A DNA stretch of 64,000 nt, from assembly GCA_016748015.1 (NCBI GenBank), contig JAAOMT010000227.1, positions 1-64,000 of the forward strand, given 5' to 3'. The notes beneath the pieces are model-generated. The model had not been told where the DNA came from and did no database searches. It was given only the letters and a program-made list of their open reading frames with translations. Source of the DNA: Geosiphon pyriformis uo1. Its lineage: Eukaryota > Fungi > Glomeromycota. Shown here one piece after another: positions 24,801 through 36,040 of this stretch (position 1 is its first letter; the number at the start of each line of letters is the position of its first letter). The position numbers and the translations under genes are program-made.

Positions 24801-27800
24801 ACACCAAACCAAAACCATTTTATATTCCACTCCAGTACAAAGACTGTAGGAAAAAGTTGTCTTCCATGGGAGCTTGGGTTGTGCTTGACAAAGACTACTG
24901 GAGGTGGACTCATTACTATTGCAAACCATTCTACTGTAAACACTATGGCTACCCAAAACACCAAGGCAAATGGGACAACAAACCATGTCTTGCTTGTGGC
25001 AAACAACTGCTCAATAAAGGGATGTGGAATGACATTCCTGGTTAAGGAGAAACCTGTGATGCATCATGTCAATACACAATTCTCATTAATGACTAGATAA
25101 GTCAAGAAACCCCAATAACTGCAGCCTGGCATCAAGCAATCTCTTACCTGAATGGTTATCTACACAACAAAGATGAGATCTAGAGAATGGCCAATACCAA
25201 GATAGAAGGTGCTTCACCCAGTGAGATCTTAGAAATAAAGAACAATTTCCCTGAACCAGTTGAAGTTGTTCTTATTCCCAATGCCTTTTTAGATATTAAA
25301 ACAGGCCCAGAGGAATTCTATGAACACTACCAAAATTTAGCAACCACTCAAAAGGAACAAAAACAGCACTTGGAAGAAATAAACACCCAATTATGTAACT
25401 ACTGTTTGATCCTATGTGACTTTCAGTATTGTAATGAGTGTGACCTCATCTACAATCCAACACCATGCAGGATCTACATGATCCTAAAAGAAGAAGAACC
25501 AATTAGCAGCTGTGCATCAGAATTGGATTCAACTTTTAATCCCGATTTAAACCCTAACAACAATGACAACAACAGTTCCAGCTCTATTTAAAATGACAAC
25601 AGTGATAACAATGGTGATTTAAACTCAGATTTAAACTCTGAACAACACATCGCACTTCCTAATCTCTCCAAGAAATAAGAACTTAGATGGTTCAGTGACA
25701 ACAATAAAGGTATTATGCTAGAACACATGCATAATACTGATGCAGAGTATGATCTAAGATATCTGGAAAAAGATGCCATCAAATTGGAACCACATTCATG
25801 CATCTGCATTGATCTCAAAGTTGTACTGGAAATCCCTGCAACAACAATGGTTCAATTAGCATCTAGAAATAGCTTAGTGAAAAAAGAAATTAGCATCAGA
25901 GGAGGAATAATTGACACTGAATATGTGGAAAATATTATTGCTATGCTATAAAATGACTCAGAAAAAGCTTATATTATAGAGCCAAACAAAAAGATAGCAC
26001 AAGCAATATTTCTGTCTCTGGTTAAAATAGCTCAATTAGTATCAGTGAGAAACAAGAAAAAATTAAGAATTACAGCTAGAGGGATACAAGGATTCGGATC
26101 AACAGGTAGAATAAATGTACCAATCAATATGACAGAAGAAGAGATTATTAACAAGGAAAAAATTATCTCCATTCTATCATATGACCAGTACATGTTAACC
26201 ATAGAAAGAAAAATGAAGGATCAGGCACAAATTTTTAAAGCGGAACCAACCATTTGCAAATCAGAAAAAATTGGACTTATCAATCTCTACATACTAGCCA
26301 AAAACAAGAAACATATCAAAATTTCCATTTACAATACAACAGGAAACATCATAGAAATACCAAAAGGAACCACCATCGGATATTTAAGCACTGAAGTTAA
26401 AGAACAGACACCAAACCCCATTTCAGATTTCTCACAGCTTTGTGGATATGTGGATATTATGTCACAAAAAATTTACAGACAAAACAAATGTTATCTGCTC
26501 CAACCAGAACAATTAGAACAAATAAACATGGAAAACTTAGACCCACTTTAACATATACAGCTCAAGATGTTACTCAACAATTTTAATGATATCTTTCCCA
26601 GCAAAAATGAATTTGGCCATACTGACATCATTCAACATCAGATCAAGACTGGAGATGCAATGCCAATAAAACAACGAGCATACAGAGTACCACCAGCCAG
26701 CCATGAAATCATTCATCAAAAAATCAATCAGATGCTTAACAATGGACTAATTCAGCCATCAATGAGCCCATAGTCATTACCAGTGGTACTAGTTTATAAG
26801 AAAAATAGGAAAACCCACTTTTGTGTGGATTACAGGAAACTGAATGAAGTAACAAAAAAAGATAGCTACCCGACTCCAAAGATCCAAAAACTGTTTGATG
26901 CCTTTGAAGGAAAGAAATGGTTTTCAACTTTGGACTTAGATAGTGGTTACTGGCAAGTAGCCATGAAACTAAAAGATAAAGAGAAAATGGCTTTTACAAT
27001 GCAAGAAGAGAATTTCGAATTTGAAGTAATGCCATTTGGTTTGATGAATGCACCAGCCACCTTCCAATGACTAATAAAAATTGTTTACACCAGACTACTA
27101 TAGAAATCAGTAGTTATTTACTTAGATAACACAAATATGTTCTCCAAGACATTTGATAATTATTTGCATCATCTTCAACAAGTGTTTGAAAGACTAAGAA
27201 GAGCCAGATTAAAATTAAATGCAACCAAGTGTTTCTTTGAAAAAACTGAACTCAAGTTTTTGGGACATGTTGTGAGCAAAGACAGTATCAAAACGAATTC
27301 AGACAAGATTAAGGTAGTCAAGAACTTTTCAGTACCAACCAACTTGACAGAACTAAGAGCATTCTTGAAATTTGCCAGATACTATTGCCACTTTATCAAA
27401 GATTTTTCTAAACTGGCCCAGCTATTACACCAGCTCCAATCAAAAAACATCAAGTATAAATAGACAAAAAACCAGCAAGAAGCTTTCGACATATTAAGAA
27501 GAAAGCTTATTTAAGCTCTAGTGTTGATGTATCCAGATTACAGCAAATCATTCATTATTACCACCAATGCATTAGGCCAAGCATTGGGAGCAGTACTATC
27601 ACAGAAAAGACCAGATGGAAGAGAATATCCAGTAGCATACGCCAGCCAAAGTTTAAGTTCAACTGAAAAAAACTATGGAACACCAGCATTAGAACACTTA
27701 GCAATCTATTGGGCAGTTATAAAATAGAAAGAATACTTAAGCCAGAAGTTCAACATATACACTGATCATAAAAGATTGACTTCAATCTAGAAGCAAGAAT

Positions 27801-27922
27801 TTGGAGATAATCATCATGCTCGATAAAAAATAGAACTTTCACCATTTAAATATATCATATATTACAAAAAAAGAAAAGAAAATAGAAATGCTGATGGTTT
27901 ATCACAAATAAAACAAATCTAA
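21895..27922 (+). pseudogene. Element C gag-PR-Cys-rich-dUTPase-RT-RNase H frame
   Basis: KLEKFTGKEDDAQIWL (capsid), CYNCCKQGYI (knuckle), LILNSGSA (PR), DAEYDL/GIIDTEY/IAQAIF/RGIQGFGSTG (dUTPase), FCVDYRKLN and MPFGLMNAPATFQ (RT), NADGLSQIKQI* ending at 27922. Confidence 0.92.
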
Positions 27923-27952
27923 GGACACTTCAACCCAAAAATATAACAAAAA

Positions 27953-29317
27953 ATGAATAAACAAAAATATTAACAACTTCAACATTTTATAAACACTCAA
28001 CAGTTCAAGAAGAAATTATCTCAAAAGGAACAAAACCATATCAAACAACAGTCCAAATATTTTATCACTCATCAAAATATACTTTATCAGAAAAACAGAA
28101 AGAATCCAGATCAACCAACCAGAGTAATCATAGAACCAGAGAAAGAAACAATATTATTCAACATGCACTCCAATTCAACAGCAGAACATTTTCACAAAGA
28201 AACAACCATAAAAAAAACCAGAAATAGATACTATTGGCCATCCATGTACCCAGACATCATCCAATACGTGCAAAATTGTGATACTTGTCAGAGAAGAGAA
28301 GAAACAAGACCTAGCAAGCCATTAAGACCAATCAAAGTAGAACAACCATTCAAGCAGATTGGAATTGACTTAGTCAGACCATTAACAATAACTAGCAGAG
28401 AGAACAGATACATTGCAGTAGCCATGAATTATCTCACTAAATGGCCAGAAGCAAAAGCAATTTAAAGAGTGGATGCAGAATCTATTGCCAAATTCATCAA
28501 TCAAAATCTGATTTGTCAACATGGATGTCCAAAAGAATTATTATCCGACCAAGGAACTCACTTTGTGAATAGAACATTAACAGAACTGAGTCAAAGATTC
28601 GGAATGAAGAGATTATTATCATTGCCATATCACTCATAAACCAATGGATTAGTTGAAAAATTCAATAGAACATTGTGCAAAGCAATAGCCAAGATTAGCC
28701 AAGAAAACCAAGATAAATAAGACTTATTCATACCATCAGTACTATTTGCTTATTGGACAATGAAGCAAGATACTATATAAGCAACACCATTTGAATTAGT
28801 ATACAGTAGAACAGCAACACTACCAGTTGAGATAGAGATCAATACATATCCAACAGAACCAATAACAGAAGACAATTTCCAAGAAACATTGCTGAGAAAA
28901 ACATATGTCGTAATGAAAACGCTAGAAAACAAATGGCAAAGAGCAGCTGATAACATTTAAAAATCATAAGAAAAACAAAAAAAAAGGCACAATAACCAAC
29001 TACCAGATAAACCAGTCGAATTCAGGATTGGAGACAAAGTACTATTACATTGTACCAAAGTGGAAAAACAGTGGAATGAAAAGTTTGATCCAAAATAGGA
29101 TGGACCATTTCACATACACAAAATTTTAGAAAACAGATCTTACAAGTTACGATTAGAAAACAGAATTCTGAAAAAGACAGCACATGGAAATTGTTTAAAA
29201 ATTTATCAAACACAAGGATCAACATTAGTGAAACCACAATTAAGAGCACAAATTTTATTAATCAGACCAGAAGATATATCACGAGATATGGAACCAATGA
29301 TAATCATCAAGATGTAG
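27953..29317 (+). pseudogene. Element C stand-alone integrase ORF
   Basis: ATG at 27953; H..H..YYWP..CDTCQ zinc motif, IGIDLV, LLSDQGTHF, TNGLVEKFN, GPF motif; TAG at 29315-29317 in the same frame. Confidence 0.9.
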
Positions 29318-29397
29318 CTACACATATGCCAAAATCTAGATATTACATGTATATAAGCCTTGAGACCACAAAGAAGGGAATGATAGAAATTTCAAAC

Positions 29398-30168
29398 ATG
29401 AACTTTTTAGACAAAATTTTAAAATTATCTAAACAATTATTTAATGAAATTCAAAAATCTACATCTCAAATAAAAATTATAATTGATAAAAAAGAGATAA
29501 GATATAGAGATAAGAAGAAGAGAGAGATGAGTGAGAGTTCAACTAGAACTAACCATTCTCATCTCTACACTTCACCCAGAAAGAAAATTTTACAAAAAAG
29601 AATTAAATATACTTCTTAGGCGGGACATGGAGAAAAAAAAGAAGAGGAAGAAAAAGAAGTAAAAAAATTAGATAGAAGACAAAAACAATTATATACAACA
29701 TACTTGGTCCTTGAGCTAGAGAAAATTAAAAAATCTTTAGCTTATGGGACCAAACTCCCCAAAACAGGAGAGTGAACACCAAATAATGCCCAGGAGTGGA
29801 AAAAAAGACTCCCTCTAATATATTGGTTTTACAAAATTGGAGAACAACTAGACTTAGAAAACCAATACAGAGATTACAACCAGAAAACTTTCAACAAAGA
29901 AGCAATGGGACAAGTAGAAAAATTTGTAGGAAGGAACAACCTGACACTACATTACAAGGCAGCATGTCAATTATACATCACTTTTCGACATTGTCCAAAC
30001 ATACTATTGGATAGATCTTTGAAAAAAATAACAGTCAACAACATAGGAGGAATGACCAATTAACAGTTTAAAGATCTACAAAAAGCCATAGTCAACATAA
30101 CCATCAAACATTACACAAATAAAGTTCTATCAACAGATATAACTAATTTTGCAGAAGCTTAATATTAA
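29398..30168 (+). pseudogene. Element C 3' accessory ORF3 (unknown function)
   Basis: ATG at 29398 (MNFLDKIL); same frame through LIYWFYKIGEQL..KFVGRNNLTLHYKAACQLYITFRHCPNILLD..ITVNNIGGMTN*QFKDL. Confidence 0.75.
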
Positions 30169-30183
30169 AAAAAAAGGAAATAA

Positions 30184-31049
30184 TATTACTTGAAAAAAGA
30201 AAGCCTATCAAAGAAAGAAGAAAAATGTGACAAAACATGAAAGGACACAGAATAGCATACAATAATATAGGATAATGTGTTATAATACAGAATAATATAG
30301 AATAATGTGTAATAATGTCAGATAATATGTTATAATATAAGATAATTAATTATAACATAAAAAAACAAAGTAATAGCTAGCAAGAACAAACAATCAAAAA
30401 CAATCCTGTAAAACTAGAAAATACATATATATAGCAGTAGCATTAGAGGCAGAGAAGAAAAGGGAGAAAAAAAAGAAATTCCTTAGCTACTGTTCCCCAG
30501 TTAGAAACCATAGCATTCCAAAATAACAATAAATATACTTATTCAGCATCTCAAATTCAGTTGTTTACTATCAACCCTAAATGGTAATAATAATTAATAC
30601 TTAAAACACACAGAAACAATAACCCTTGATCACGGCTATTGACAGGATACTAACTTATATTGCCTTAGCTTATTGTCTCTATTTTCTTTATCTCTTTTAT
30701 TTTTTTGTCTTTATTTTGTTGGGTATAGTAATTGATTGAGGATTAAAGTGCTAAGTATTGACATCAAGGATTGCCTAGTAAAAGATCCCTGCAAGTGAGT
30801 AGAATGCATAAGAATTATGGATTGTTTACCAGAAGATTGCTGGCCACCACGCTGAGAAAAAAATTGACAGAATTGTGATTCTGGGAAGCTATGGAAAAAA
30901 GATAACATGGGAATCTCTGTCCATTATACAAAAAACTCCAATCAAAACTTTCCGATCGAAACACCTTCAGACATTACTAATATCATCAATTAAACACTAA
31001 GTTATGGATTTGTTATTTGCTTTAAGACCCCAAATAATCATCTGTAACA
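30184..31049 (+). repeat. 3' LTR of element C
   Basis: Direct repeat of 20966-21832, ends TGTAACA. Confidence 0.95.
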
Positions 31050-31419
31050 ATATGTTGATGTATTTGTTATGTCTTAAATATCATTTTGCCTTATATCTAA
31101 TTGGACATGTGAGGTGTCTTATGTCATATAAGGTGCCTCAAATTATAAAAAGCAGCCAAATTATAAAAATGAAGGTTTTAATCTAACTGTAGAATTCTAA
31201 GTGCAAATAACAGATTCTCGGTAAAAAGAAACCTAATTTTGATAATGCATCTGCAACACTTTTTGTTTCTTACTCCTAACTAATAATCAATAATAAAGGC
31301 TGTCAATTTGATCCTCCGCATACTTGCATAATTGCATAGAAAATAGCACAATGTCATGTTGTCAAGCTCTCCAAACACAGCAACACCTATATCAATTAGA
31401 ATATTGATATAAAATACTT

Positions 31420-32390
31420 TGCACAATATCAGAGATATCAGAGTAAAAGTCAACTGCAGTTTTTTAAAAAATGTTCTGATCATCATAAGTCATGGGATTT
31501 GATATGTAATATATATAAGCATGCAATAACTTCCAAATTAATATGGCCATATGTTGTTTCTAAGAAAAATTTATCTGTTGAAAGTTACTTAGAATGGGCT
31601 CAAAATGAAACAGATCTCACATTCAGGTTAAAGTATAAACAAGTCTTTTTTTATTTACAAGCAATTATTAACTTTCGCACTGAGATTTGTTTCAATAGGT
31701 CTTCATTAAGACTTATGATTAGACAAATGTTTGCACCAATTTGGTCTGCTCAGCACCATCCTATTTACCAATTAATTAAAATTGCTGATGAAAAACAATG
31801 GCTATGATTGAAGTCTGAAGTTTGCAAGCTGATTCAAAAAAGAATTGTAATTGTTTGATCTAAACTTTCAAATCAACATCAAGGCCATAATGCAATACTT
31901 GAAAAATTTAACAAAACACTCAAATCGTTGATTCTTTCTACATCTTCACAATGGCATTGGGAAATTGCAGTGCATAACTGTATCAAATTTGAAAGATTGC
32001 ATACTAATCTCTTTAATGTCATTAGATATTCTAAAAGTGAAATATACAGGTCTTGTACATGTCCTAACTTTATTGCTAAATCAAATTGATTTCGAGTTCA
32101 GATAAGAAAGACACAGTTTGTAAATCCAAATATCTCTAATTGTGTTTTTCATGATATTGGCCATAAATGGATATTAAGCAAAGAAATGAAAAAATTCAGT
32201 GAAATTGCACGGATGAAAAAAATAGACTTTTTTAAAGCAAAACAAATTAAAAAAATATTGTTAGGTACTTAAAAACCAATTTCAGTAATAAGTGAAGAAG
32301 TAGATCATCAAAAAATGTAAATCTGTTAATAAAATCACAACTATTACTTATTATTAACTCTCTAATACCTCTTTTAAGTAATCATGTTTT
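31420..32390 (+). pseudogene. Captured fragment of an unrelated transposase-like protein (possibly DUF6589/RAG1-like) inside the pogo element
   Basis: Disrupted frame FKKCSDHHKSWDLIC..YLQAIINFRT..FAPIWSAQHHPIYQ..QHQGHNAILEKFNKTLK; family assignment from motif resemblance only. Confidence 0.45.
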
Positions 32391-32477
32391 CAAAGCTTAT
32401 TAAGTTAATTATGTAACAGTCTAATAAATATCCTTTAAGAAGTTAGAAATATATTGTATTGTGTACAGTTTTGTTTA

Positions 32478-33292
32478 CCTTGGATTGAGTACATTACTAT
32501 TTATAATTGGCATTTTTAAAACATGATATGTTGAGTTTAGATCCAAATCTCCATTCTGCATGATTATGTTTGGATTATAAAAAACATTCAACACAGATTT
32601 ATTTGCCCCAAAAAAGTTGATTTTTAATACATCTTTAAAACTATCAGTCAAACTTTTGCTTGCTAATACTAAATATTGGTCGAATAATGAATATGATTGC
32701 TAATATGGAGTCTTTTTTTAATCACAGATATCAAAGTTGGTGTGAAAATGTATTTATTGGGTATATATTGGAATCTTCATGCTCTGAGTTTTATTACTGG
32801 TCACATTTTTTTTCCTAAGGAAAGGTAAATTTGAATTCTGTTCTTAATTGATTTGCTTAAACAATGTCCTATTAACAAACTTGTTCCTGGAGGATCCCAT
32901 TGGGCCATTATTCTTGCTTGTAGGTCTGTTAATTCCTTCTCCCAATATGGAGAAAAAGTAATTTTATTAGCCAAAGTTTGATCCAAAGTAACTTCATTGA
33001 TACTTGCAGCAACAGTCTTCAAAGCACTATTAGTCTTTAAAACACTACCAGTCTCCAAAGCAGCAGTACTGTACCATATGTCAACTATTATTAAAACTTT
33101 CATAATACCCACAAACAACAAGCCAAATATAATAGTTCTGTTATTGTCTTCTAATGATAATGGTGGCTTATAAAGAAGAAGAGTAATTGAATGTTGTAAT
33201 ATTTGAGAAATTTTGTTTAGTGTTCTACAATTGTTTTCAGAAACTTCTCTAATTTTTTTTACTATTATAAAAAGAATAATTTCTATTGACAA
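32478..33292 (-). pseudogene. Captured host-gene-like fragment (predicted membrane anchor followed by a luminal region) inside the pogo element
   Basis: 163-aa ORF with hydrophobic TIIFGLLFVGIMKVLIIV. After a slip in the A-run at ~32810 the frame continues IPIYTQ*IHFHTNFDICD*KKTPY*QSYSLFDQYL.. to a GT donor at ~32478. Confidence 0.5.
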
Positions 33293-33567
33293 ATCGAGAA
33301 ATCTCCTTGACTGTACATGTTCAATTAAATATGAGATGATATCTAATGTTTATATCTAATATCATATGATTATAGTGTGACTATAGAGAGTGGAAATTAC
33401 TTATATTCTGCTATCATATTTGTAAAGATAGAGATTATAAGGAAATATATATAGTAAAAATGACTATAAGGAGATAATATTATATATAAATGGTTTTGGT
33501 TTTTAAAAAAATGTGATTATAAGAAAATAGTGACTATAATCAGAAGGACTATAGAGAGAGTTTACTG

Positions 33568-33984
33568 TATTTTTTTTTTTAAATTCGAACATAGAGGCTT
33601 TTTCTGATTATTTGTTAAAAGTACCACATATAACAAGCATTCTAATATATTGTTTTTGATATGAAATTTTGAGTTTTTGGGTTTTTTAATCTAAGTTTGT
33701 ATTGGCTTTGAAAAGCCAATTATTTTTAATAAATGCTTAATATTAAGATATATTCATAATTAAAACTTTTATTAAAATGGTAATTTTATTAATTGTAAAA
33801 AGAAAGTTATTAATTTTTTTTATTAGAGTTTTCTTTATATTATTGGCTATTACAATTACTGTTTGGACTAATCTGTTCATATTTCAATTAAGTTGTTACA
33901 TTAGTTAGTAGATAATAATACTTTTGGCAGATTTACTGTTTAAGATTAACCAAATTTGCTTTTTTTCTACTTTGGCTTTAATAT
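33568..33984 (-). mobile_element. Gypsy relic B, right part (protease region), truncated
   Basis: Continues 19220 seamlessly; homologous to element D 40660-41080. Confidence 0.85.
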
Positions 33985-34227
33985 TATTACTCATAAAAAT
34001 TAGGAATATTGTATAGTTAAAAAATTTGCCAATTAGAAATAAGCATAATAACAGAAGAATTTCAAGATTATTCTAAAGAAATCACAAGATTCCAAAAATT
34101 TCATATAACACCAATTATGTATATATAGCAGTAATATTAGAAGCAAAAAAAGACAGAATTCAGTTCAGTTTTAATTTAGCATTTTTTTTATCTATTAATT
34201 AATTCTCACTTTACATATAGTTACTGT

Positions 34228-35198
34228 TGTTACTGGAGGTTTTTGGTCTTTTTTTTTAAATGTTGTTAATGTTGATTTGCTGTGAATTCACGTTTCTAGA
34301 AAGTAGTTGGACTTTTAGTAAATGAATTTATCTTCAAATTATCTCTTATAATTTAAACTGCTGGACTTATAAGTGGAATAGCCAATTCCTTGCCAGTTAC
34401 TTTATGTAGTTATATTGTAGTAAATGTCAACTCTTTCTCAGGAATTGCTCGTCTAGAAGCTCACTAAAAATGTGTAGTTACTTTGCTGTAAAAGTCAACT
34501 TTTTTACAGGAATCTCATCTGTAGACTACTCTAATGATTATAATAAGAAAAGAAAAGAAAAATATAAAAAAAATAAAAAAAATAGAATTTTATTAAGGAA
34601 AACGTTTTCTATTCAGGCCTGGAGTCACTAACAGTTTATTGAAATTGGTAGCTAATCAATTTCAAAACGTTAGTTGTGTTGAGAGAATTTCAAGTGTAAT
34701 AATTAAAGAATTTGGTTTTTCGAATATTTAATATTTATTTGATTTTGTAAAAAGTAATTTGTTTTTAATTAAGATATCTAAAGTAAGATACTATGTTAAG
34801 ATACTATGAGAAGATTATTTTCTTGAAGAGAAAAGCTCTTCTTTTATACAACTTGTTGTAGTACTAGTCTTTGAACTTGCACTTTTTTCTTTGCTATAAT
34901 TTGGATAAACTAAAAATACATTTCAGTAAACTACAAGTTATTTCACTAAACTATTTGATTATTTCGGCCAATTTTCATTAATTTTGGCAAATTTTGACTA
35001 TGTTAAATGGTTCAGGGTATTATGTAATTTAATCATCTTAATTTCTAGAGTACAAATCGGATTATTGATTGAGTAATGATATTTGCTAATTTGATAATAA
35101 TAAGTGATATTCAAGATACTAATAATATATGCTAATTGCTAATAGAAATTATAAGAGTAATTTCATGCTAATTAATAGCTAAAATTCTACTGGTAGCA
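34228..35198 (-). repeat. 3' LTR of element D
   Basis: Direct repeat of 43171-44141. Confidence 0.96.
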
Positions 35199-35886
35199 TA
35201 ATCTTCTCCTCAAGACTGAGCTCCATCAAAGTCCAAACACTATCTGTAATGTTAAGATAATGGTCCAAGATAATTGAAGTAATTTGGTCTGAAAATTGTT
35301 GAAATTTCAGTTCTGTGAGCTTTCCAATGTATTGAATCTTTATTGGATGGAAAATTGGATTTTGTAAGACGTTTTTACAAGTGTTGAATAAATCATAGAG
35401 TCTAAATGCTGTTCTAAGTTTGTAGCGAGTGTTTATTGGTCCAACTGCTGTCTTGAATTCATTGTAAATTTGTTTTTGTATAGTCTCAGGAGTAATGTTG
35501 GTTGCTTCAAGTTCCAGTTTTCGTTCATAAAGTGTTTTTCCAATATGAAAATATCTATATATAAGAGTATGTTCATTGTTCTGTTCATTAAAAAATAGTA
35601 GAAGTTTTTGTTAAATTGTGGTATTTGGGGGAATATCAATAGGGGCAATTAAAAAGTTTTCTTTTAGTGCTTGCTTTAAAAGTTCTGGTAATTTATTTTT
35701 AGAGTGACTTTTTGTTTTTTTTCTATAGAAGTGATAGTTTTGAGAATTATTTACTACTAGGGCTGTGGTTTTTTTCTGAATGTAATTAATTTGACTTCTA
35801 TTAATCATTATGAATAAGTTAGAAAGTGTTTTTAAGGCTAACATTAATTTTTGGGATATTTGTTAGATATTTCGGGGAATAATCAT
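35199..35886 (-). pseudogene. Element D 3' accessory ORF3
   Basis: ATG at 35886; LIYRYFHIGKTLYERKLEL..IYNEFKTAVGPINTRYKLRTAFRLYDLFNTCKNVLQNP..IQYIGKLTELKFQQF. Confidence 0.75.
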
Positions 35887-36040
35887 GATAAAAATTGACT
35901 AATTAATAAAGAAAGAATAAAGAAAATTATTTTTGAATATAGAGTTTTTATTTGTTTTTGGGTTTGAGTGTTTTTTGTAATTATTTATTATTTTTGTTTC
36001 TGTGTGTTATTAAAAAAAATTATTGTAAAAATATGTTGGA

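Larger units (their letters stand above)
20966..31049 (+). mobile_element. Full-length Ty3/Gypsy LTR retrotransposon C (dUTPase-bearing, pseudogenised), nested 45 bp upstream of the transposase ATG
   Basis: LTRs 20966-21832 and 30184-31049; PBS TGGTGCTTCCTGTGAG at 21835; purine tract before 30184; 4-bp flanks ACAC/ATAT consistent with a C>T-mutated TSD; gag, PR, dUTPase, RT, RNase H and IN motifs. Confidence 0.95.
19221..33567 (-). mobile_element. pogo/Tigger (Tc1/mariner superfamily) DNA transposon, ~4.3 kb after removing nested element C
   Basis: TIRs CAGTGAACTCTCTTTATAATC (19221) and reverse complement CAGTAAACTCTCTCTATAGTC (ends 33567); TA duplication at 19219-20 and 33568-69; subterminal GTGACTATAGAGAG-like repeats; flanks rejoin into continuous element B. 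Confidence 0.92.
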
